Virus record (IMG/VR): IMGVR_UViG_3300023174_000199
Coordinates: 1 to 56,618 of that record
Reading direction: 5' to 3' (one strand)
Source of the DNA: a virus
Lineage: Duplodnaviria; Caudoviricetes
Length of the DNA stretch: 56,618 nt
The translations under genes and the position numbers were made by a program. Below are positions 8,988 to 16,240 of this stretch, one piece after another; position 1 is the stretch's first letter; each line of letters starts with the position of its first letter. The notes under the pieces were generated by a model, which saw nothing but the letters and a program-made list of their open reading frames with translations, searched no databases and was not told the DNA's origin.

Positions 8988-9434
8988 ATGACACCAGATA
9001 TTAAGCTTATTGCTTGTAGCAATGTATATAGTAGATTAATGCATTTTAAGCATGCAGGGGATATTGAACATGGTCATCGCCATAGTTATAACCATGCAAC
9101 GCTTGTAAGTGCTGGTTCGGTGCAAGTAGATATTTTAGATGATATGGGTAATACAACTTCATCAAAAGCATTTCATGCGCCGACAATGATTTATATCAGT
9201 AAAGATGACTTTCATAAAATTACTGCATTAGAGGATAATACAGTTTGTGTTTGTATACATGCATTAAGAACAATCGATGAAGAGTTGATTGAGCCAGACT
9301 TTTTAGTTGACGCTATTACTAATGATAATAACAATATGAATATACCTGAGTTAGTCAAAACGAAAACAGATAAAACACTTCAAGGGTTTATTGTCGAAAG
9401 AAATAAACTTGTTGATGAAGGTTTAAAGCATTAA
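8988..9434 (+). CDS. Cupin-fold protein
   Basis: GHRHSYNH...L..GSV and H-x-I-T-A-L-E-D-N-T cupin motifs. Confidence 0.7.
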   Translation: MTPDIKLIACSNVYSRLMHFKHAGDIEHGHRHSYNHATLVSAGSVQVDILDDMGNTTSSKAFHAPTMIYISKDDFHKITALEDNTVCVCIHALRTIDEELIEPDFLVDAITNDNNNMNIPELVKTKTDKTLQGFIVERNKLVDEGLKH

Positions 9435-9444
9435 GGGGAAAAAA

Positions 9445-10080
9445 ATGGCAGATAGTTTTGAATTTGAATTTACTGTTGAACAAGTACGTGAACTTATACC
9501 AAAAGCAATCGGTGGTCCGGATGCTTGGTATGAAGCTCTTGCCGAAGCACTTCCGCAGTACGACATTAACACTGTAGAGAGAGTAGCAGCATTTATTGCT
9601 CAGTGTTCTCATGAATCAGGTGGCTTTTCAGTACTAGAAGAAAACCTTAACTACAAAGCTGCAACTTTAGGTAAATTATGGCCACAGAGGTTTCCTCCCG
9701 GTATTGCTGAACAGTATGCTGGTAAACCAGAAATGATTGCTAATAAGACCTATGGTGGTCGAATGGGTAATGGATCAGAAGAAACAGGTGAAGGTTATAA
9801 GTATCGCGGTAGAGGTCTTTTACAGTTAACCGGTAAAGATAATTATAAGGCTTGCTCGCAAACGTTATTCCAAGACAGTACGCTTTTAGAAGATCCAGAT
9901 CTATTACTGGATCCTTACTATGCTATTCACTCGGCGTGCTGGTTCTGGAACAAGAACAAATTGAATCAGTTTGCTGATGCCGGTGATTTAACAACACTAA
10001 CTAAGCGTATCAATGGTGGTACGATCGGCTTAGAAGACCGCATACACCATTACAATCACGCTGTTGAGGTTTTGGCGTAA
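9445..10080 (+). CDS. Glycoside hydrolase family 19 endolysin
   Basis: AQCSHESGG, YRGRGLLQLTGKDNY and TKRINGG motifs. Confidence 0.93.
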   Translation: MADSFEFEFTVEQVRELIPKAIGGPDAWYEALAEALPQYDINTVERVAAFIAQCSHESGGFSVLEENLNYKAATLGKLWPQRFPPGIAEQYAGKPEMIANKTYGGRMGNGSEETGEGYKYRGRGLLQLTGKDNYKACSQTLFQDSTLLEDPDLLLDPYYAIHSACWFWNKNKLNQFADAGDLTTLTKRINGGTIGLEDRIHHYNHAVEVLA

Positions 10081-10092
10081 AGACGCTATAAT
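10064..10092 (+). promoter_or_regulatory. Sigma70-type promoter
   Basis: TTGAGG-N17-TATAAT, 5 nt before ATG 10098. Confidence 0.5.
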
Positions 10093-10097
10093 ATATT

Positions 10098-10778
10098 ATG
10101 ACATTTAAACATATAAAACTTGACCGTGAAGTACCTAAACTAAAACAGTTAAACGAGAACGGGGTACGGCATTATGTTACCCCTGAAGGTAATAAGTACC
10201 CTTCTATTACAACTGTACTGTCTGAGTACAACCGGAAAGCTATTTTTGAATGGCGTACACGGGTCGGTAATGATGAAGCTAATCGGGTATCTGGTAAAGC
10301 TTCAACCCGGGGTACCAAGCTGCATAAAGCTTGTGAAGATTATATTAATAATTTAACACCAGATTTTAAGACACCGTTTGAGCGAGATCTATTTAAAAGA
10401 TTTCAACCTACATTACATCGCATTAATAATGTCTATGCTCAAGAGCTACGTATGTACTCTGATCATTTACGTATTGCTGGTACGGTAGATTGTGTTGGTG
10501 AATTTGATGGTAAGGTTTCTGTTATTGACTTTAAGACCTCAGCAAAGCAAAAAGATATTAGTTACATCGAAAATTATTTTATGCAATGCTCTGCCTACGC
10601 GATTATGTTCGAAGAGCAATTTGGTATTCCTGTTGCTCAAACTGTTGTTGCAATTGCAGTTGAAGATGACGAACCACAAGTGTTTATCGAGAAGAGAGAT
10701 ACCCACGTAAAGCGGTTACTTCACTTCCGGGATCTCTACGAAAGAAAGAGTGGCATTTCAGTGGCATTGACAGTATAA
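10098..10778 (+). CDS. PD-(D/E)XK exonuclease of T4-like phages
   Basis: YPSITTVL, RGTKLH, AGTVD...IDFKT and QxxAY motifs. Confidence 0.9.
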   Translation: MTFKHIKLDREVPKLKQLNENGVRHYVTPEGNKYPSITTVLSEYNRKAIFEWRTRVGNDEANRVSGKASTRGTKLHKACEDYINNLTPDFKTPFERDLFKRFQPTLHRINNVYAQELRMYSDHLRIAGTVDCVGEFDGKVSVIDFKTSAKQKDISYIENYFMQCSAYAIMFEEQFGIPVAQTVVAIAVEDDEPQVFIEKRDTHVKRLLHFRDLYERKSGISVALTV

Positions 10779-10800
10779 TCTTTATGTGAGGGGTTGAGAA

Positions 10801-11385
10801 ATGGGTTCGCTTTCTAACTTTAATGATGCGTGTGTATCAATTAATGAAATTAAAACTAAATACGATTTAAATGTATTTGTAGAGACAGGTTGCTTTCAAG
10901 GCAACACGTTGAGGTATACGACAGGTTATAACTTTGAACGAATGTACAGTTGCGATATAGACAAGGAAATGATCGATAGGTGTAGTGATATTTCACCTAA
11001 CATAGAATTGTTTCTAGGTACATCGGTAGAATTTTTAGAACAATTACTACCTCGACTAACAGCTGATCGCATTTTATTTTTTCTTGATGCGCATTTACCC
11101 GAGCATGATAAGAACAGCGGTACGGTATTATTAGATTCAGAGCATAACTTTCCATTAAGGGAAGAAATTGAAATTATAAATAAATACCGTAAAGATAAGA
11201 ACGACGTTATCATTTGCGATGATTTACGCATATACGAAGACGGTCCGTTTGAAGGTGGTAATTGGGATAAACGTAAAAATTATAAAGACCTTGATTTAAA
11301 TTTCTTAAGCTTATATAATTATAAGGTAGAGAAGTTTTACAGTCATGAAGGCTATATCTTCTTAACAAAAGATATTGCTGTATGA
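10801..11385 (+). CDS. Class I SAM-dependent methyltransferase-like protein
   Basis: FVETGCFQG, FFLDAH and IICDD motifs. Confidence 0.7.
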   Translation: MGSLSNFNDACVSINEIKTKYDLNVFVETGCFQGNTLRYTTGYNFERMYSCDIDKEMIDRCSDISPNIELFLGTSVEFLEQLLPRLTADRILFFLDAHLPEHDKNSGTVLLDSEHNFPLREEIEIINKYRKDKNDVIICDDLRIYEDGPFEGGNWDKRKNYKDLDLNFLSLYNYKVEKFYSHEGYIFLTKDIAV

Positions 11386-11658
11386 AGCAAAGAGAAAAGT
11401 GTTCTGGACGCGGGTGCGAATCCCGCCAGGTCCACCAGATGTACTGGGTTCATTACCCTCAGCGCGAAGCCTAGAGCGACTAGGGTACATCTGATGGGCC
11501 TGATATAGATTCGACAGGGCAAAGAGTAACAGAGTGGACAGCACATCAGAGCAGATGTTAAAACTAAACAAAAGTAAACGCAAACGACTCAAAGTTCGCA
11601 TTAGCAGCCTAAACACTGCTTAGGGTTTCGTAGGTTTCCTCGTAACAGAATAACCTAC
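11374..11658 (+). ncRNA. ssrA: Circularly permuted (two-piece) tmRNA
   Basis: The acceptor piece comes first: T-arm GCGGG-TGCGAAT-CCCGC, then CAGGTCC-A-CCA ending at 11437. A 58-nt intervening segment follows. The coding piece starts GGGCCTG at 11496 (G3.U70 Ala identity) with ATTCGAC; the tag frame 11580-11612 reads ANDSKFALAA*. Outer ends approximate. Confidence 0.93.
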
Positions 11659-11675
11659 ACTTATAATGGAAAAAA

Positions 11676-12305
11676 ATGCATAAAGAAGTTCTTTTTGACA
11701 AGCCAAGAATAGTTCTATACAATGATGTATTTTCGAAAGATGAATGCGCGGATTTGATTAAGAGTATTCCATCTGAACAATTTTTTGCGGCTGAGGGTTT
11801 TGACTTTGTAACAAAAAAAGGTATACCTACAGACTATAGATCTAACTCTTCATACATTGATAAGGGGTTTAAACTCAACCCCCTGCATCAGAAATTAACA
11901 GAGTTAATTGAGGGGGAGTTAATAGGTACCTACCCCTATATTGAATTACCTGTACAAGTACAGCGGTACGATGTGGGTCAGCAGTATAAGACTCATGTTG
12001 ATTTTTTTAATAGAGCAAATGAACCTAAAGTCTTTGATGTTGATAGAATTGCTTCTATTATTGTTTATTTAAATGATGATTTCGAAGGTGGGGAGACGCA
12101 TTTCACAACTCTAAATATTAAAGTAAAGCCTAAAGCAGGAATGGCATTGTTTTTTAAATACAACTATAATGATCCTATATATAATAGGAATACATTCCAT
12201 GCTGGTATACCAGTAATTAGTGGTACAAAATACATTGTAACAGCTTTCTTTCGAAGTGAACCATTAAGTTATAAATGGAATGCAATTGATATCCTTAGGG
12301 TATAG
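11676..12305 (+). CDS. 2OG-Fe(II) oxygenase, prolyl-4-hydroxylase-like
   Basis: HVD (HxD), YLNDDFEGGETHF, FHAG...GTKY motifs. Confidence 0.92.
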   Translation: MHKEVLFDKPRIVLYNDVFSKDECADLIKSIPSEQFFAAEGFDFVTKKGIPTDYRSNSSYIDKGFKLNPLHQKLTELIEGELIGTYPYIELPVQVQRYDVGQQYKTHVDFFNRANEPKVFDVDRIASIIVYLNDDFEGGETHFTTLNIKVKPKAGMALFFKYNYNDPIYNRNTFHAGIPVISGTKYIVTAFFRSEPLSYKWNAIDILRV

Positions 12306-12337
12306 AAGGTCAAGTGGCTAGACCTTAAATTAGCCAC
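12306..12337 (+). promoter_or_regulatory. H-type RNA pseudoknot in the leader of ORF 12367
   Basis: S1 AAGGTC/GACCTT and S2 GTGGCTA/TAGCCAC, interleaved, all Watson-Crick pairs. Confidence 0.6.
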
Positions 12338-12366
12338 ACAACACTCATACACACAAAGGAATTAAA

Positions 12367-12639
12367 ATGAGTAATATGACACCGTTCGAGATTCGCCTTG
12401 AACTTCTAAAAATGGCGAAAGAGATGCTTTCCGAGGAATATTATGGAAAGCGTGAAGTAGTTAGCAACGACTGGTCTACAAAAGTCGAAGTCGCTAAGCA
12501 TGCAGGACAGACAGCTCCTGATCATCCAGGCTTCCCAGCCTACCCGAGCGAAGCCGAGGTAATTGCGAAGGCAGCTATCCTCAACGGATTCGTATCCAAC
12601 ATCCATACAGAAGCAAAGTCTACTTCTACTAAGAAGTAA
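12367..12639 (+). CDS. Conserved T4-like hypothetical protein
   Basis: PFEIRLELLKMAKEML...YPSEAEVIAKA...FVS; AAAGGA SD. Confidence 0.8.
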   Translation: MSNMTPFEIRLELLKMAKEMLSEEYYGKREVVSNDWSTKVEVAKHAGQTAPDHPGFPAYPSEAEVIAKAAILNGFVSNIHTEAKSTSTKK

Positions 12640-12652
12640 TCTGATGGTGAGC

Positions 12653-12670
12653 GGGGGCTTCGGCCCCCTT
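12653..12670 (+). terminator. UUCG hairpin, probable terminator
   Basis: GGGGGC-TTCG-GCCCCC-TT, with a short U tract. Confidence 0.6.
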
Positions 12671-12685
12671 CAATAAGGAGAACTA

Positions 12686-13222
12686 ATGGTACGTTTTATG
12701 AACCTACTAATCAAGCTTACATTGGTGGTAGCTGTTGCTGCTATACTTGTTAGCTTCACGAAGAACAGAATTGAGTATTACAAAACTAAACCTTTTAATG
12801 ATATACCCATTACAATGGCAGAGCGGGAGAAGCAATTAAATTGTTTAGCGAAAAATATTTATTTTGAAGCAGCTCATGAACCTTTTGAAGGTAAAGTTGC
12901 AGTTGCGCAGGTAACAATCAACCGATCTAACTCAGGTAGGTACCCAAGCGATATTTGTGATGTAGTATATCAGAAGAATGTATTCTTTGGTAAGGTTGTA
13001 TGTCAGTTTTCTTGGTACTGTGAGCAAGGTCCGAAGATTACAGGTAATACTGCAAGCTATAAAGAATCCATGGAGGTAGCTAAGAAAGTACTTCTTGAGA
13101 ATTTTAGATTACCAAGTCTAAAAGATGCTTACTTCTATCATGCTGATTATGTGTCACCAAATTGGAATAAGCCAAAGATAACACAGATCGGTCGTCATAT
13201 ATTTTACGGAGAGAAATCATAA
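12686..13222 (+). CDS. Cell wall hydrolase, SleB/Hydrolase_2 family, N-terminally anchored
   Basis: CLAKNIYFEA, VAQVTINR, CQFSW and IGRHIFY motifs. Confidence 0.92.
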   Translation: MVRFMNLLIKLTLVVAVAAILVSFTKNRIEYYKTKPFNDIPITMAEREKQLNCLAKNIYFEAAHEPFEGKVAVAQVTINRSNSGRYPSDICDVVYQKNVFFGKVVCQFSWYCEQGPKITGNTASYKESMEVAKKVLLENFRLPSLKDAYFYHADYVSPNWNKPKITQIGRHIFYGEKS

Positions 13223-13530
13223 TGGAAACACTTAATACAATAAAAGAAAAACTAATAGGTTACTTTGAAGGATTCTCAAAGACTACCGCAGACACTTTTG
13301 CCTGGCTAAGTATGCTGGTATTCATATGTGCAACTGTTCCATCTTTTCTTGCTGTAATGTCAGGGGTTACAGATAAGCTACCCCCACTTGATATTACGTG
13401 TCTGTTGTGGCTAGGACTGTTGCTTTATTTCCTAAGATCAGCTATACTAAAGGACATGCTGATGGTAGTGACTATCGGTATTGGTTTCGCAATTCAATCC
13501 ATTATGTTAGGTCTAATATTTTTTATATGA
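13222..13530 (+). CDS. Small three-TM membrane protein
   Basis: Hydrophobic 102-aa ORF coupled to the hydrolase gene. Confidence 0.7.
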   Translation: METLNTIKEKLIGYFEGFSKTTADTFAWLSMLVFICATVPSFLAVMSGVTDKLPPLDITCLLWLGLLLYFLRSAILKDMLMVVTIGIGFAIQSIMLGLIFFI

Positions 13531-13790
13531 ACGAACAACCAGTGCAGTTAACCGATGCGCTTGTTATTACTAAGCGCTTTCGGTCACCAAATGAGTTCAG
13601 TATCTACATCGATGAAATTGTAACCCGTACAAAAGCTGGTTACATGGAGGCAGTAATTGCATATTGCGATGAAAAAGATATTGAAATTGATAGTATTGGT
13701 CCTTTGATTAATCAAAAGCTTCGTGAGAAGATTCAAATGGAAGCCGAGATTGCAAATATGATTAAACCGATTGGACATTTGCCTGTATGA
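13527..13790 (+). CDS. 33: Late-promoter transcription coactivator gp33
   Basis: FSIYIDEIV...YMEAVIAYC...LREKIQMEA; directly upstream of gp59. True start is ATG 13527. Confidence 0.88.
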   Translation: MNEQPVQLTDALVITKRFRSPNEFSIYIDEIVTRTKAGYMEAVIAYCDEKDIEIDSIGPLINQKLREKIQMEAEIANMIKPIGHLPV

Positions 13791-14395
13791 TTATGGAACC
13801 ATTTGAAGTCTATCGCTACTACCTCGCATTGAGATTACATTTTACTACCGATCAGTATGATGTAATTGCGCAAGGTGGGAGGGTAAGAGCCTCAAAGCAA
13901 TCTTTTGCTAAACGTAAGGACTTATTAGCAATTAGAAAAGTAGCCGAAAGTTACTCTGATAAAGAGGTGGTTGATTTTCTAGTTGCTAATTTTGTATCAG
14001 GTGATCGTTGGGGTGGGTTATTTGATGTTGATTCTAAAGAGCGATACGCAAGTTGGAAGAAGCGTATGGAGTCCATGTACTACACATTCGATAAAGAACT
14101 TAATAATGTAATTACGTTTTGTGAAAAGAATAATATTACATTCTGGGAAACATTCCATTGCCAGAAAAATGAGCATCCATATATAATTAAGCTATATTTA
14201 AGAAATAGCATTTCTATAGAAACGTTAGTTATTTTAGAGAAGTTAACCGGTTACGTAACAGACCTGGATCAGAAATTGTGTAACGATTTAATCTGGCCTG
14301 ACGTATCGAGAACTATAAAGAAATACGACCCATTCGTAAATATTAAAAAAGAAAAATACGATGAATTACTCCGATCACGAGTTGGATATAAGTAA
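13787..14395 (+). CDS. 59: Helicase loader gp59
   Basis: YLALRLHFT...YD, F-x-KRKD, ISIETLVIL; synteny 33-59-32. Confidence 0.9.
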   Translation: MIMEPFEVYRYYLALRLHFTTDQYDVIAQGGRVRASKQSFAKRKDLLAIRKVAESYSDKEVVDFLVANFVSGDRWGGLFDVDSKERYASWKKRMESMYYTFDKELNNVITFCEKNNITFWETFHCQKNEHPYIIKLYLRNSISIETLVILEKLTGYVTDLDQKLCNDLIWPDVSRTIKKYDPFVNIKKEKYDELLRSRVGYK

Positions 14396-14576
14396 AGCAA
14401 GAATCATAGAGCTGGAGAAAAGCATATGTATCCTTCAGGAAAATGTTACGGCGTTATCAGAGCATTTAAAAGAAACACAAAGATTTTTAATTCGGTTAGC
14501 GCATAGTCAAGGTGAGATTGCAAAACGAGTTTCAGCCTGGCCATTCGTTGCAGTTGATACAAAAGGAGAAAAGTAA
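14361..14576 (+). CDS. Hypothetical coiled-coil protein
   Basis: 71-aa ORF in the operon. Confidence 0.6.
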   Translation: MNYSDHELDISKARIIELEKSICILQENVTALSEHLKETQRFLIRLAHSQGEIAKRVSAWPFVAVDTKGEK

Positions 14577-14695
14577 TGTTAGAGACAATTTTTTGGATTT
14601 TAATAGGTGCATTTATTGGTTGGCACTTCCCACAACCCCAATGGGCAGTTACACTTAAAGAAAAAGCTTTGGGGCTATTTAACAAAAGTAAGTAA
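14576..14695 (+). CDS. 39-aa single-TM protein
   Basis: MLETIFWILIGAFIGWHFPQPQWAVTLKEKALGLFNKSK*; AAGGAG SD. Below the ORF-track cutoff. Confidence 0.75.
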   Translation: MLETIFWILIGAFIGWHFPQPQWAVTLKEKALGLFNKSK

Positions 14696-14706
14696 GTTTT
14701 GCAGCA

Positions 14707-14898
14707 ATGAAAAATATGTCATCGGAGTGGGATAGTTACAAGAAGATCCGACGAGTCGAAAAAGGTACCAATAAAGTTGACAAGTACCGCAAAAGCATAT
14801 ATAATATGTTATCAGAAGAAGATTTAGAATCTTTCGATGACGAGTTAGATTCTGATACAGAAGAAAGTAAAGTGAATCGTAATGATAAACAATACTAA
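14707..14898 (+). CDS. Hypothetical protein (basic N-terminus, acidic C-terminus)
   Basis: 63-aa ORF before gp32. Confidence 0.6.
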   Translation: MKNMSSEWDSYKKIRRVEKGTNKVDKYRKSIYNMLSEEDLESFDDELDSDTEESKVNRNDKQY

Positions 14899-14931
14899 TA
14901 CATCGCATACAACGTTTATACGGAGAAAATT

Positions 14932-15825
14932 ATGGCATTAGACTTTTCAGCAATGAAGAAAAATCGCGGTACGTTTGACAACCTGATGAAGGAAGTCGAA
15001 AAGATCGCCACCCCTCAAACTCAAGAGAGTAACTCTAAAGATGACCGCTTCTGGCAACCAGAGGTAGATAAAGCCGGTAACGGTTACGCAGTCATCAGAT
15101 TCCTACCACCACCAAAAGGCGAAGATCTTCCTTGGGTTCGCGTTTGGAATCACGGCTTCCAAGGCCCAACTGGTAAGTGGTATATTGAGAATTCTCTCAC
15201 TACCCTTGGTAAGCAAGACCCTGTAACTGAACTTAATAACGAGTTGTGGAATGCAGGTACTGAAGCCAATAAAGAAATTGCACGTAAGCAAAAGCGTCGT
15301 CTTACTTACATTGCTAATATTATTGTGGTTAAGGATGCTGCGCATCCTGAGAATGAAGGTAAAGTATTCCTTTATAAGTTCGGTAAGAAAATCTTTGATA
15401 AGATCAAAGATGTAATGCAACCTCAGTACGAGGATGAAGAAGCAATTAATCCTTTCGACTTCTGGAAAGGTGCTAACTTCAAATTGAAGATTCGTAATCT
15501 AGAAGGATATCGTAACTACGATAAGTCCGAGTTTGATGCAATTTCAGTATTGTCAAACGATGACGATGAACTTGAAACGACTTGGAAGAAGCAATACTCT
15601 CTCCAGGAGTTCTTAGATCCCAAGCACTTTAAGTCTTATGAAGAACTTAAGGCTAAGCTTGAAATGGTTCTGTCAGGTACAGGAACGACTGCTCCTAGAG
15701 CGGAAGAGACTGCACTTGCTGAAGATCGTCCGCGTCCTGTCTCAAAACCAGCTCCTAAGGCCAGTGTTGAAGATAGCGCAGATGATTCCCTGTCGTACTT
15801 TGCCAAGTTGGCGAATGACGACTAA
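14932..15825 (+). CDS. 32: Single-stranded DNA-binding protein gp32
   Basis: DDRFW...DKAGNGYAVIRFLP, FGKKIFDKI, NYDKSEF, acidic tail ending SYFAKLANDD. Confidence 0.96.
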   Translation: MALDFSAMKKNRGTFDNLMKEVEKIATPQTQESNSKDDRFWQPEVDKAGNGYAVIRFLPPPKGEDLPWVRVWNHGFQGPTGKWYIENSLTTLGKQDPVTELNNELWNAGTEANKEIARKQKRRLTYIANIIVVKDAAHPENEGKVFLYKFGKKIFDKIKDVMQPQYEDEEAINPFDFWKGANFKLKIRNLEGYRNYDKSEFDAISVLSNDDDELETTWKKQYSLQEFLDPKHFKSYEELKAKLEMVLSGTGTTAPRAEETALAEDRPRPVSKPAPKASVEDSADDSLSYFAKLANDD

Positions 15826-15916
15826 TTAGGTAGTCAGAACCTAATCCAGGACACTCGTTACCTTTAGTAACTTAGGTCCTGGAACGGTGACGAGCTAATT
15901 AGGTTTTGTTTTTTTT
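15822..15916 (+). ncRNA. Candidate structured RNA element (pseudoknot within a switchable outer helix)
   Basis: CCAGGAC/GTCCTGG interleaved with CTCGTTACC/GGTGACGAG, enclosed by AACCTAAT/ATTAGGTT and followed by a T-run. Confidence 0.5.
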
Positions 15917-15942
15917 AACTTAATTTAATTTTCGGAGTTTAT

Positions 15943-16128
15943 ATGAAAAATATTATCGCTATTATCGCTTCTGCTTTCGCTTTGACTGCCTTTGCTGCTG
16001 AACCTGCTAAGACAACACCCGCTCCTGCTGCTCAAGCTGCCGCCTCCGCTGCTGCTCCTGCCGCTAAGAAGGTAGAGGCTAAGCCGGCTGCTAAGAAAGA
16101 TGAAAAGAAGCCAGAAGCAAAAAAGTAA
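15943..16128 (+). CDS. Small exported Ala/Lys/Pro-rich protein, with a possible -1 frameshift extension to 16211
   Basis: Sec signal peptide ending AFA-A; GGAG SD; ends GCA AAA AAG TAA. Confidence 0.8.
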   Translation: MKNIIAIIASAFALTAFAAEPAKTTPAPAAQAAASAAAPAAKKVEAKPAAKKDEKKPEAKK

Positions 16129-16211
16129 AGCGGCCTTGTAAAGCTGGACAGACTACGGCCGATGGTTGTAGAGTTGTTAAAAAGGCCGTAAAGAAAACAG
16201 CTAAGAAGTAA
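16119..16211 (+). other. Candidate -1 ribosomal frameshift signal and 28-codon extension
   Basis: In-phase A_AAA_AAG, then a stem-loop 16130-16189; the -1 frame reads VKRPCKAGQTTADGCRVVKKAVKKTAKK*. Confidence 0.6.
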
Positions 16212-16240
16212 AAGAATGGGGACCTAGGTCCCCATTTTTA
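16211..16240. terminator. Bidirectional Rho-independent terminator
   Basis: Perfect palindrome AATGGGGACCTAGGTCCCCATT with A-rich and T-rich flanks, between convergent genes. Confidence 0.88.

Noticed and set aside
10098-10778. Cas4-like nuclease suggesting a CRISPR system
   Set aside because: No repeat-spacer array or other cas genes seen; this exonuclease is a common phoH-linked gene of T4-like phages.
10749-10779. TTGACA and TATAAT side by side, with an AGTGGCATT direct repeat
   Set aside because: The boxes are only 1 nt apart and neither has a well-spaced consensus partner.
11438-11530. HDV-like (theta) or hammerhead ribozyme right after the CCA end
   Set aside because: A 7-bp G-initiated P1 is present, but the L3/P1.1 and J4/2 signatures are not, and there is no CUGANGA/GAAA core on either strand.
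11362-11616. Minus-strand ORFs of 64 and 84 aa
   Set aside because: Antisense shadows of the tmRNA.
12303-12366. Stop-codon readthrough stimulated by the pseudoknot
   Set aside because: There is no spacer between TAG and stem 1, so the structure would be unwound inside the ribosome; no slippery site lies upstream.
13398-13526. N-terminal extension of gp33 in the ORF track
   Set aside because: Overlaps the membrane-protein gene; ATG 13527 (ATGA overlap) fits gp33 size.
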